Assembly: GCA_965662775.1 (NCBI GenBank)
Contig: CBFIIW010000001.1
Coordinates: forward strand, 10,515 to 74,514
Direction: 5' to 3'
Length of the DNA: 64,000 nucleotides
Source of the DNA: Alphaproteobacteria bacterium
GTDB taxonomy: Bacteria > Pseudomonadota > Alphaproteobacteria > UBA7985
The notes below the pieces were generated by a model, which saw nothing but the letters and a program-made list of their open reading frames with translations, searched no databases and was not told the DNA's origin. Position 1 is the stretch's first letter, and each line of letters begins with the position of its first letter. This document shows positions 48,943-57,728 of the stretch, piece after piece. The translations under genes were made by a program, and so were the position numbers.

Positions 48943-49071
48943 CTTGCGGGTGACGTAGCACTTTCCTTTACAAACAAGGGTGAACGCAGCCTAAATCCTA
49001 ACGTTCGAATTCAGGGAACCTCAGCTTTGGCCAATCGGAACATCAAGATCGAAAATCATTCCGGACTGGGT

Positions 49072-49188
49072 ATGGCCTGGCTGGTGGGCTGGCTTTTCAC
49101 GGTGGGTTTTCTCAGTAAGGGCTTTTGGGGTGGACTACTTGCCCTGATCATTTGGCCTTATATGCTGGGCGGCTACTTTCAGCCCTGA
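49072..49188 (+). CDS. possible small membrane protein (38 aa; 53 aa if it uses a TTG at 49027)
   Basis: MAWLVGWLFTVGFLSKGFWGGLLALIIWPYMLGGYFQP is strongly hydrophobic and Gly/Trp-rich. It sits in the spacer next to the tRNA-Arg 3' end. Confidence 0.25.
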   Translation: MAWLVGWLFTVGFLSKGFWGGLLALIIWPYMLGGYFQP

Positions 49189-49224
49189 TCGACCCTCACC
49201 GCTCAACAGAACGGGGGAGACCGG

Positions 49225-49301
49225 TGGCCCGCCCTGCAGGACTCGAACCTGCAACCTATCGCTTAGAAGGCGAGTGCTCTATCCGGTTGAGCTAAGGGCG
49301 G
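49225..49301 (-). tRNA. tRNA-Arg (anticodon TCT), CCA encoded
   Basis: The reverse complement reads CCGCCCTTAGCTCAACCGGATAGAGCACTCGCCTTCTAAGCGATAGGTTGCAGGTTCGAGTCCTGCAGGGCGGGCCA. It is near-identical in architecture to E. coli argU. The anticodon loop CTTCTAA gives anticodon UCU. Confidence 0.9.
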
Positions 49302-49387
49302 GTGTGACGCTGGTGATTACTCGTGATCGAAAATCGTGCTCGCGTCGCATTGCGTAAAAAGGGTGCTAACACGCGACCCTCTGAGGC

Positions 49388-52120
49388 TCAACTGCGCAAG
49401 AAAGGCGGTGGCCGTCCTTGCTCTGATTCTGGTTCGGTTTTCAGGCCGCTGGCCCAGTCTTCAAGCACAGCTCGGCTGAGCTGCCATTGCCTGCTCAGTT
49501 CAGGCAGTGCGGCTTGGAGCGTTTCTGGCCGAGCTTCGATTACTGCGGCTTGCGCTGACAGCACGGTTAGACCATAGGACGCGGCCGCCCCCTTGATGGC
49601 GTGAGCTTCCCTTATCACTGGGTTGGCAGTATCGCTGCCACCGCCATGCCTGTCGAGCGTGAGTGCTTCTTCGAGCCTGGTCAGCCTCTGCTGGATCTCA
49701 GTGCAAAAAATCTCTATCGACGAAACAAGGAAACGTGTCCCCATTCGCTTGGCAAACTCATCAAGCATGGAAAGGTCAACGTTGATGGTTTCAGGCTCGC
49801 CGGTCGCGTTCTTAGCAACGGGTATGTCTGCCACCGGGGCGGCGTCGGGGCCGTACGTGCGGATTGCGTCGAGTAGCTCATGCTCCTCAAAGGGCTTGGA
49901 GATGACCGCTGTGAAGCCGTCTGCGAGAAAACTCTCCCGATCACCCGACATTACGTTGGCCGTCAGAGCGATGATCGGCAATGGGGCGATATCTGAATCT
50001 GTGAATTGGCGCGCAAGCCTCCCACGGCTCTGACGCGATAGTACCTCCGCCAGCGCTTCACGTCCGTCCATCTCAGGCATAGAGATATCAAAGAATGCGA
50101 GATCGTAAGGCAGTGTTTCCAGGGCACGTACGGCCTCCAACCCATTAAAGACGATATCAACCTGATGACCTGTGGGTTGAAGCATGGCGCGAATGAGTAA
50201 CTGGTTTGATGGACTGTCGTCTGCAAAAAGTAGACGCAGAGGCGCATCGTCTCCGACGTTGGTTATGTCTGTGCGAGCCAGCGCCGAAGCGTCATCACGA
50301 GGCGGGTGTTCCGCGCCCACTGTTTTCAGTTCTACTTCAAGCCAAAAAGTGGATCCGAGGCCCGGCTGAGATTGGATACCAACCTCTCCTCCCATGGCTT
50401 CAGCGATACGCCGACAGATATTTAGACCTAGCCCGGTCCCACCCTGACGCTTTTCGACCCCGACACCCAGCTGTTCGAACGGTTCGAACAATCGAAGTTG
50501 TGCGTTTGCCGAGATGCCCGGACCGGTATCTGCGACTTCGAAGCGTAGTATCGCGCGATCATTCGCGCCCGGGTCACGTGCGGAGAGCGTGACGTTAAGG
50601 TCGATGCGCCCGGAGTTGGTGAACTTTATGGCGTTGGAGGTAAAATTAATCAGCACTTGCCGCAGGCGTCCGGCGTCCGCATGAACGGCGTGGGGCAGGG
50701 CATGGTCTAGGGTCCAATTCAGAGCCAGTTGACGGGCCTCGGCTGGCTTTTTGTAAAGTCGCATCACCTCTTGCAGCAGTTGTTCCAATACAACGTGCTG
50801 ATCCTCTAGCGTGATCTTGCCAGCTTCCATTTTGGACACGTCAAGGATGTCGTTGAGCAGGATAAGCAGATTGCGCGCTGAGGTATCTGCCACCCCGATA
50901 TATTCGCGCTGGCTGTCCGACAGACTCTCGCGCTGAATCAGACCAAGCATGCCGAGGATTGCATTCAAAGGGGTGCGGATCTCGTGGCTGACGGTCGCGA
51001 GGAACTCCGACTTTACTGCATTGGCGGCCTCGGCTTCGTTCCGGGCGAGGGTAAGATCCTGCTCTTTCTGTGCCAGCTCTGAGATGTCGAAACGCACGCC
51101 GACTGTCCAGCCGTTTGGCAGGCGACGGTCCGTCGCCCGAATAGTGCGACCATCGCGGAGCCGTTGCCGTCGGGTGCGGATGGTTCGTGCCCAGCTGGAG
51201 GGGTCCATTTCGGCAGCCACGAGTGACTGAAGATCGCCTGAGTTCGTTGGCGAAGAGGGGTTGGCGCCGGTGTTGGCATTTGCGCCGTCATCCCTGCCGG
51301 TTCCGGCGTCGGCAATGAACCCGCATTTATATTCCTCCCGCCAGACTGACTTGATATCGATGCCCGGAACATAGAGGTCAGCGAACGCGTAGTAGATCTG
51401 TCGATAGCGCTCGTTTGTCACCACGATGCGGTCATGCTCGTCGACGACGTAGACCCCTTCTCCCAGAGAATCCACGGCAGCCAGAATAAAGTCGGTCTGG
51501 TCACGTTCGGCCTGAGACGACAGACGCACGAGCGCTGATTGAAGCTCATCCTCCCGCACACGCGTCATCCGCAGCGCCTGTGACACCAGCAGGCCGAAGC
51601 GTTGCACGGCCGTCGAAGAGACGGTGTTGAACCCTCCCTTATCCGGACTGGTACACACGATCGCCACCATTCCGGTTTCTTGGGGGACAGAGATTGTCAG
51701 AGTGGAGACAACACCGGCGCGCATGGCCGCAGGCTGTGATGTCCAGTCTGTGACAGCAGCAATGTTAAAGATGGGGACCACCGTGCCCGATTTCACGCGT
51801 TTGAAATGAGGGCTCATTTCAAAACGCGCGAGGTCAAACCGTGGATCGGTGCTGGCCACGACATGGAGTGGTTCACCGCCGAAGGGCTGCCGCAGGATGA
51901 AGGCATCGGCGAACGCGACGCTTTCTCCAAGAATAGCGAGCGATTTCTGATAGACCTGCTCAGCGCGTTCAGAGAAGCCCAAGTCGCGAAGGCTTTCTAA
52001 AAGGAACTCTGTTTCCAGACGCGTCTGTCGTTCCCGGACCGTGGCCTGTTTGAGGGAGACGAGAGCTTCGCGCAGCCGCTCTTCGAGCAGTTCAGGCTGT
52101 GAGGGTGAGTCTACCTTCAT
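49388..52120 (-). CDS. cytoplasmic hybrid sensor histidine kinase (N-terminal sensory region + PAS, HisKA, HATPase_c, REC, HPt)
   Basis: H-box ...VSHEIRTPLNAILGM..., G-boxes ...VADTGPGI..., ...GGTGLGLNI.... Receiver ...LLFADDSPSNQ...FFDISMPEMDG.... C-terminal HPt ...REAHAIKGAAASYGL.... No TM segments. Confidence 0.85.
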   Translation of the reverse strand: MKVDSPSQPELLEERLREALVSLKQATVRERQTRLETEFLLESLRDLGFSERAEQVYQKSLAILGESVAFADAFILRQPFGGEPLHVVASTDPRFDLARFEMSPHFKRVKSGTVVPIFNIAAVTDWTSQPAAMRAGVVSTLTISVPQETGMVAIVCTSPDKGGFNTVSSTAVQRFGLLVSQALRMTRVREDELQSALVRLSSQAERDQTDFILAAVDSLGEGVYVVDEHDRIVVTNERYRQIYYAFADLYVPGIDIKSVWREEYKCGFIADAGTGRDDGANANTGANPSSPTNSGDLQSLVAAEMDPSSWARTIRTRRQRLRDGRTIRATDRRLPNGWTVGVRFDISELAQKEQDLTLARNEAEAANAVKSEFLATVSHEIRTPLNAILGMLGLIQRESLSDSQREYIGVADTSARNLLILLNDILDVSKMEAGKITLEDQHVVLEQLLQEVMRLYKKPAEARQLALNWTLDHALPHAVHADAGRLRQVLINFTSNAIKFTNSGRIDLNVTLSARDPGANDRAILRFEVADTGPGISANAQLRLFEPFEQLGVGVEKRQGGTGLGLNICRRIAEAMGGEVGIQSQPGLGSTFWLEVELKTVGAEHPPRDDASALARTDITNVGDDAPLRLLFADDSPSNQLLIRAMLQPTGHQVDIVFNGLEAVRALETLPYDLAFFDISMPEMDGREALAEVLSRQSRGRLARQFTDSDIAPLPIIALTANVMSGDRESFLADGFTAVISKPFEEHELLDAIRTYGPDAAPVADIPVAKNATGEPETINVDLSMLDEFAKRMGTRFLVSSIEIFCTEIQQRLTRLEEALTLDRHGGGSDTANPVIREAHAIKGAAASYGLTVLSAQAAVIEARPETLQAALPELSRQWQLSRAVLEDWASGLKTEPESEQGRPPPFLRS

Positions 52121-52129
52121 CGCAGCGGG

Positions 52130-53317
52130 CTAGTGCGGCGTCGTCCCAAACACGACGACCGAAATCATCAAGTTACCGTGGTGATTTGTACCACCGATGA
52201 AGCATCCCTGTTCACCAAAGGTGAAGTTGCCCAGAAACGGCCGATGTCCCAGCGAGGCCGAAAGCCCGGCGGACACCTCGTCCATGCGGTCGCGGACGGT
52301 CAGCATGCATCCTGCGCAATAGATCACCAGCGCACCGGCAATTTCATCTGGCTGCAAGCGTGCCATATCCAAGGCATTCTCGGCGACGGCTCCCGCCCGT
52401 TGGACCAGATTGTCACTTGAACCAATCATCATGGTTACTTCGTCACCGACTTCGATGTTGGAGAACAGCGACAAGGCCCGATTTGAGGTGACAGCATTGG
52501 GATGAGAGAGCAAAAAGTAGTCGAACCCGGCAACGGCATCCCGTCGGCGTCCCAGTGGGTTATGGGTGGTATCAAAAAGGACGTTTCCGCCGTCGTCCAT
52601 GGCGTGACTAACGACCCCTTCGGTCCAGTCATTGTAGACTTCAGCCCCTGGCCGGCCGTCGATTTCGATGATGTTACGGCCCTCAGCACGGGTTACAAAC
52701 CCCTTGGTCGCCGTCGGTTGATAACCGGATTGAAACGCGTATCCCAAGGGAACCGAGGGAAACATTACCGTGATTGCTACAGCCGTGGCGTGGGCGACGC
52801 GCTGATTGAAGACGACCCAGTTTCCCGCAACCTCATTGTCCGCCGCAGTTCCACCGCAGATCGGAACCCCGGGACCGATCACATCCTGCAGTCCCTCGAT
52901 GACATCTTCTTCTTGCCCGGGTGTTGCAGTCAACCATACCAGTTCCGGCGACTCACCCGGGCGCCCAGCACGCTCAAGCGCTTCAACCAACGCCTCTGCG
53001 GCGGCACCCGCAGCATTTCCGTCAACCACCTGAGCAATCGCTGATCCATAATCCCCGTCAGGGTCCGATATTGCCAGAAAGCCGCAATTGCTTTCGCCTT
53101 CGGTAAAGGAACCGGTCTGCGTCATAACCCCGGCGCAGGAGGTCGAGCCATGGAAGGCCACGTCAGGACTGATCGAGGCGAGCATGCCCTCTCGCGGCGT
53201 ATCCGTCGAAACGCCGCCGACGATTAGTGAAACGGGGCCATCAAGCTGCGCGAGTGCCTCCGCCAACGTTGCCTTGGGGTCCGACGCAAGTGCGCCACTG
53301 CTGGCCATGGAAAACAT
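52130..53317 (-). CDS. FIST-domain sensory protein (FIST_N + FIST_C)
   Basis: 395 aa, Gly-rich. It matches the FIST architecture (about 400 aa, two-lobed). It lies immediately upstream of, and co-oriented with, the hybrid kinase. Confidence 0.7.
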   Translation of the reverse strand: MFSMASSGALASDPKATLAEALAQLDGPVSLIVGGVSTDTPREGMLASISPDVAFHGSTSCAGVMTQTGSFTEGESNCGFLAISDPDGDYGSAIAQVVDGNAAGAAAEALVEALERAGRPGESPELVWLTATPGQEEDVIEGLQDVIGPGVPICGGTAADNEVAGNWVVFNQRVAHATAVAITVMFPSVPLGYAFQSGYQPTATKGFVTRAEGRNIIEIDGRPGAEVYNDWTEGVVSHAMDDGGNVLFDTTHNPLGRRRDAVAGFDYFLLSHPNAVTSNRALSLFSNIEVGDEVTMMIGSSDNLVQRAGAVAENALDMARLQPDEIAGALVIYCAGCMLTVRDRMDEVSAGLSASLGHRPFLGNFTFGEQGCFIGGTNHHGNLMISVVVFGTTPH

Positions 53318-53616
53318 AAATCAAAGCCCTTTATTGCCGGTTACAGATTGATGGCGCCTCGTACACCCTGTGCTCTTGGTGCTCTGAGCATTGCCATGAC
53401 TGACATACTCCCTTAAATAGTTAAGCGATAGGTGGTTTAAAGTATACGGATATTAAGTCGGCTGTTTTCTACCCGGAGACGGGTACGTGGCAGCAGACCG
53501 CGGTCAGACCCTGTAAGCTGCAATCCGCCATTGGCAGCGGATCAGTTTGCACAGTACCCACAGAGCAGGCCGCGCGCTGCTAGACCAATGGCGCTACAAG
53601 ACATGAAGGTTTTCCC

Positions 53617-55089
53617 ATGCTGCCCTCGCTGCTGATAATTGAAGACTCGCCGTCGATGCTGCACATGTATCAGGGGTTTCTCGCGCATGAGCGGCTGGAA
53701 ATCTTTGTGGCCGATACGGGGGCTGAGGGTTTGCGGCTGCTGCGTCAGCAAAAACCGAACCTCCTGCTGCTCGACCTAAAGCTCCCCGACATGGACGGGC
53801 AGCAGATCCTCGAGGCAATGACCGAAGAAGGCTTGGAAACTGTCGCGGTGGTGATGACAGCGCACGGCTCTGTCAATGTTGCGGTTGAGGCAATGCGGCT
53901 GGGGGCAGCAGACTTTCTGGTGAAACCCTTTACTCAGGAACGGCTTATAAAGACCCTGAACACCGTCACAGAGTTGCATCAGCTCAAGCACCAGGTTGCC
54001 GTTTATCGAGAACTCGATCGCCCGTCGTATGATGAGATGATCGGCAGTTCGCTGCCGATGCAGGCGGTTTATCGCACCATCGATTCTGCCGCTCCTACGG
54101 ATGCCACCGTTTTCATTGTGGGAGAAACCGGCACGGGGAAGGAACTGGTCGCGCAGGCGTTGCATCGCGGCTCACGAAGGGCAGGGGGAGAATTGGTGGT
54201 TCTGAACTGTGCCGCTATTCCGAAAGACCTGATCGAATCCGAACTCTTCGGGCACGTCAAAGGTGCCTTCACTGGCGCGACCGGAGATCGAGACGGCGCT
54301 GCGCACCTCGCCGCGGAGGGGACGCTGTTCCTCGACGAAATCGGGGAGATGGACATCAGCCTGCAGTCCAAATTATTGCGGTTTCTGCAATCTGGCACAT
54401 TTCAGCGGGTAGGATCGTCCCGCACCGAGAGCTCTAACGCCCGCATCATATGCGCCACCAACCGGGATGCCTGGGGCGCGGTGCAGGCCGGAACCTTTCG
54501 CGAAGACCTCTACTACCGCCTGAACGTTATCCCGATCGTTCTGCCGACACTGCGTCAACGCGGTGATGATGTGATCGAGATTGCGCGACATTTCCTACAC
54601 GTCTTTGCCCGCCATGATGGCAAGGCCTTCACCGATTTTGATGACGCAGTGCGGAGCTTACTATTGAACTACAATTGGCCTGGAAACATTCGTCAGCTCC
54701 AGAACGTGGTGCGAAACATCGTCGTCCTGCACGACGGCGACCAAGTCACGCAAGACATGTTCCCGCCCCTGGAGCAGGTGGCACTCGATAAGGGCGCAGC
54801 AGGAACTGGATCGGCCAGCACTGGCTTCGAAACGGGGAGCGTCGCGGCCGTCCCACTGCACGCCGGTGAGATGTCGAGAGTTGGGCAGATGGGGGCAGGG
54901 CCGTCGACTGCAGGACGTACATATCCTCCTTTGCCTATGAGCGAAGCTGACCTGCGCCCCATGTGGCTGATCGAGCAAGAAATGATCGATCGAGCGCTCG
55001 AATTGACGAGTGGGAACGTAAATCGTGCGGCGGCACTACTAGAAATTTCGCCCTCAAGTGTCTACCGCAAGCGTTCGCGTAACACCTGA
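53617..55089 (+). CDS. sigma-54-dependent response regulator (NtrC family enhancer-binding protein)
   Basis: REC domain (LLLLDLKLPDMDG), AAA+ sigma-54 interaction domain (VFIVGETGTGKE, GAFTGA, ...ESELFGH...), and a C-terminal Fis-type HTH. Confidence 0.9.
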   Translation: MLPSLLIIEDSPSMLHMYQGFLAHERLEIFVADTGAEGLRLLRQQKPNLLLLDLKLPDMDGQQILEAMTEEGLETVAVVMTAHGSVNVAVEAMRLGAADFLVKPFTQERLIKTLNTVTELHQLKHQVAVYRELDRPSYDEMIGSSLPMQAVYRTIDSAAPTDATVFIVGETGTGKELVAQALHRGSRRAGGELVVLNCAAIPKDLIESELFGHVKGAFTGATGDRDGAAHLAAEGTLFLDEIGEMDISLQSKLLRFLQSGTFQRVGSSRTESSNARIICATNRDAWGAVQAGTFREDLYYRLNVIPIVLPTLRQRGDDVIEIARHFLHVFARHDGKAFTDFDDAVRSLLLNYNWPGNIRQLQNVVRNIVVLHDGDQVTQDMFPPLEQVALDKGAAGTGSASTGFETGSVAAVPLHAGEMSRVGQMGAGPSTAGRTYPPLPMSEADLRPMWLIEQEMIDRALELTSGNVNRAAALLEISPSSVYRKRSRNT

Positions 55090-55284
55090 TGCAGCCCAAG
55101 CGACTCGTCAGAGAAGAATAGGCGAATAGCTTACGCGCCTAAAGCTGTGAATCCCGTGGATGTGGTGCGCAAAAACCACGAACCCCCTGATCGAAGGGAC
55201 ATATTGCTCGTTTCCGATGGAGTCGTTCTAAAGAAGCGTCCACATCAGCGAACAACAAAAAAGTGCGGACTAAGAGGGATGAGC

Positions 55285-55701
55285 ATGGCCTGGACAGAAG
55301 AGCAGATTGACCAGCTCAAAGAGCTGTGGGGCGAGGGACTATCGACGTCCGAAATCGGCCGAAAACTGGGTGTGACGAAAAACGCTGTAGTGGGCAAGGC
55401 GCACCGTTTGGGTCTGCCGCCACGCCCGAGCCCGATTAAGCGGGCAGTGGGTGCCAAGCGCCCAGTGCGTTCCAAGGTCATGGCGGTAAAATCAGCATCC
55501 CGAGGACCGACCTGCATGTGGCCCATTGGCCATCCGAATGAGCCCGGCTTTCGATTCTGCGGTAAGCCCGCACTGGCTGGTAAGCCATACTGTCAGGAAC
55601 ACTACGATATCGCCTATATTCCGGCTGGGCGCCGGGATCGCGATCGCTCCGCTGCATCGCGGAGTGCCGCGCCGACAAACAACAATAATAACCGCCGATA
55701 G
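55285..55701 (+). CDS. gcrA: cell-cycle transcriptional regulator GcrA
   Basis: MAWTEEQIDQLKELWGEGLSTSEIGRKLGVTKNAVVGKAHRLGL... and C-terminal ...CMWPIGHP...FRFCG...PYCQEHY.... The SD aagaggg precedes it. Confidence 0.85.
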   Translation: MAWTEEQIDQLKELWGEGLSTSEIGRKLGVTKNAVVGKAHRLGLPPRPSPIKRAVGAKRPVRSKVMAVKSASRGPTCMWPIGHPNEPGFRFCGKPALAGKPYCQEHYDIAYIPAGRRDRDRSAASRSAAPTNNNNNRR

Positions 55702-55738
55702 GCGCCGCCGGTAACGGCAAACTTCTTAGGGAACGAGT

Positions 55739-55766
55739 AGGGCGCTTTCGGGCGCCCTTTTTTTTG
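55739..55766 (+). terminator. rho-independent terminator after gcrA
   Basis: gggcgc-tttcgg-gcgccc hairpin followed by T9. Confidence 0.85.
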
Positions 55767-55782
55767 CCCACGGCGCGGCTGG

Positions 55783-56106
55783 TTAGTCGAGGTTGTTCTG
55801 AAAATCCAGGCACCAATCCAGCCAGAGATCGAGCCGATTACCAGCGACCGCACCCGATGCCACCCACACAAACCCGGTCATCGGAGCGCGAGCCCCAAGT
55901 CTGATAGGCCGCGCGCCACCTTGCCGAAGTGCTTCATCCATTCTTTCAGCGCCCGCACGAAACATGAAATCATCGTTTGATGTTCCACAGAGCATGCTGC
56001 CGCGTAGCAGAAAGATCAGCCCACCGAACATTCGGCGTTCTTGCAGCGCGAGCGTTGGGTCCAGAGCAATGCGCAGGCGGTCGGCCAGTTGCTCCCGATA
56101 AGCCAT
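55783..56106 (-). CDS. TfoX N-terminal domain protein (Sxy N-domain only)
   Basis: ...RRMFGGLIFLLRGSMLCG...DDFMFRAG... matches the TfoX_N signature. 107 aa, with no C-terminal TfoX domain. Confidence 0.55.
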   Translation of the reverse strand: MAYREQLADRLRIALDPTLALQERRMFGGLIFLLRGSMLCGTSNDDFMFRAGAERMDEALRQGGARPIRLGARAPMTGFVWVASGAVAGNRLDLWLDWCLDFQNNLD

Positions 56107-56190
56107 GCTGGTTTCCTCCTTCGTCCTATAAAGTGCATGTGTCTGACATCACCTGGTACGCCGGGAAAGAAACCAACGGGGCAACGCTGC

Positions 56191-56976
56191 ATGAAATGGT
56201 CACAACTGGTCACCGAGATCATCGAAATCGCTGAGGGCGCAGGCGCTGAGACACTGAAGCATTATCGCAGCGACAGCCTGGGTGTCGATCAGAAGTCTGA
56301 CAACAGTCCCGTAACCGCCGCTGACCTCGCCGCGCATCACTTTATTGTCGATCGGCTGGAAGCCGTGCTTGAAGATGTCGAAGTCATCTCAGAGGAAAGC
56401 GCCGAGGCGCGTGGGTTCGCCGCGCCTTCTGGAGACCGGTTCTGGTTGGTCGACCCCCTCGACGGCACAAAAGAATTCATCAACCAGCGGGACGAATTTA
56501 CCGTCAACATAGCTCTGATCGAGCGTGGAAAACCGGTCATGGGCGTTGTTGTGGCACCAGCGCTCGGGCTGACGTGGGCTGGCTCTCCCGATGGAGCCTT
56601 TCGCCAGTCAATAGGGAGTAAGGACCGAAAGACCATCGCCTTACGCCAGGTTCCAGCTGAAGGTCTGACGGTTACGGCTAGCCGCAGTCACGCTGATCCA
56701 GCAGCGCTGGAAGCACTCTTGCAGGGCCAGCGCGTGGCTGAGGTCATCAATGCCGGCTCCAGTCTAAAGTTCTGTCGGATTGCCGAGGGCGCTGCCGATC
56801 TCTATCCGCGTCAAGGCCGGACAATGGAGTGGGATACAGCGGCTGGGCAGGCGGTGGCCGAAGCGGCTGGGGCCGTCGTTCTGCGTGTTGAGGACCGCGC
56901 GCCACTGACCTACGGCAAACAAGGGCTTGATAACCCACACTTTATTGTTGGTCTCCCGCTGGTAGTCTCATCCTGA
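56191..56976 (+). CDS. cysQ: 3'(2'),5'-bisphosphate nucleotidase CysQ (inositol monophosphatase family)
   Basis: ...EESAE...WLVDPLDGTKEFI... and ...WDTAAGQAV... metal-binding motifs. Start MKWSQLV at 56191; the longer ORF would overlap the TfoX gene. Confidence 0.8.
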   Translation: MKWSQLVTEIIEIAEGAGAETLKHYRSDSLGVDQKSDNSPVTAADLAAHHFIVDRLEAVLEDVEVISEESAEARGFAAPSGDRFWLVDPLDGTKEFINQRDEFTVNIALIERGKPVMGVVVAPALGLTWAGSPDGAFRQSIGSKDRKTIALRQVPAEGLTVTASRSHADPAALEALLQGQRVAEVINAGSSLKFCRIAEGAADLYPRQGRTMEWDTAAGQAVAEAAGAVVLRVEDRAPLTYGKQGLDNPHFIVGLPLVVSS

Positions 56977-57148
56977 GGGTTTGCCAGACAGTCCCCAGTC
57001 GTCCTGCTCATTCACGGCCTAGTGACACGTCTCATACGGGTTTAAACGCGACAGGTTTCCCTTAATAGAATATTCTGCTACCTGCCTTTTCGGTGGGCTG
57101 GCCGTGATGTGGCATCGTCCAACGCCGGGACTTTCCTCGAAACAAAGG

Positions 57149-57568
57149 ATGCCATTGATGAATGGAATTCTCTTCGCCGCGTTTCTAGCGGCTCTGTTGG
57201 CCCTGGTGAACACAACAACAAGTGCAGGGCATCATTCGCCAATTTATCCGGTGCTGTACGGCGGCGAGCCAGACTATGACGCTTGCTTTGGGACTGCGAC
57301 AGTTGGTGGATTGCGTGCCGATGGCGACGGATTTCTTGCGGTTCGCACTGGACCGGGCGTTGGCTATCCCATGATCGACAAACTCATCAACGGTCAGCCC
57401 GTGTCGTTGTGCTGGGCGACCGATGACGTGGACTGGTATGGCGTGGTCTACACCCGAGAGGATCAGGACTGCGGAACCGGTTCCAACATCCCGCTGGTCC
57501 AAGCCTATCCCGGACCGTGTTTGTCAGGCTGGGTACACCGAAATTGGCTGCGTAGCTTCGCTGACTGA
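57149..57568 (+). CDS. small secreted protein with bacterial SH3-like segment
   Basis: Signal peptide MPLMNGILFAAFLAALLALVNTTTSAG. ...GFLAVRTGPGVGYPMIDKLINGQPV... resembles SH3b (LNVRSGPGTNYPVIGKL). Confidence 0.45.
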   Translation: MPLMNGILFAAFLAALLALVNTTTSAGHHSPIYPVLYGGEPDYDACFGTATVGGLRADGDGFLAVRTGPGVGYPMIDKLINGQPVSLCWATDDVDWYGVVYTREDQDCGTGSNIPLVQAYPGPCLSGWVHRNWLRSFAD

Positions 57569-57728
57569 AGCCTGGACCGCAGATCCTTTGCTGCTCCTCG
57601 CTGACTTTGCGCTGAAACCCGGGATCACGCGGCGCAACAGACGCCCATTTTCCATAATATTCATTATACGACTTTTAAGTTGGCTTTCACCGAACTGGCC
57701 GCGGGCACGCGCGGCTTCTTGCTGCCAA

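Noticed and set aside
53521-53560. TGGCAG...TTTGCA, resembling a sigma-54 -24/-12 promoter upstream of the sigma-54 activator gene
   Set aside because: The GG and GC elements are 16 nt apart. The spacing is wrong in every register for the TGGCAC-N5-TTGCW consensus, so it is not called as a sigma-54 promoter.
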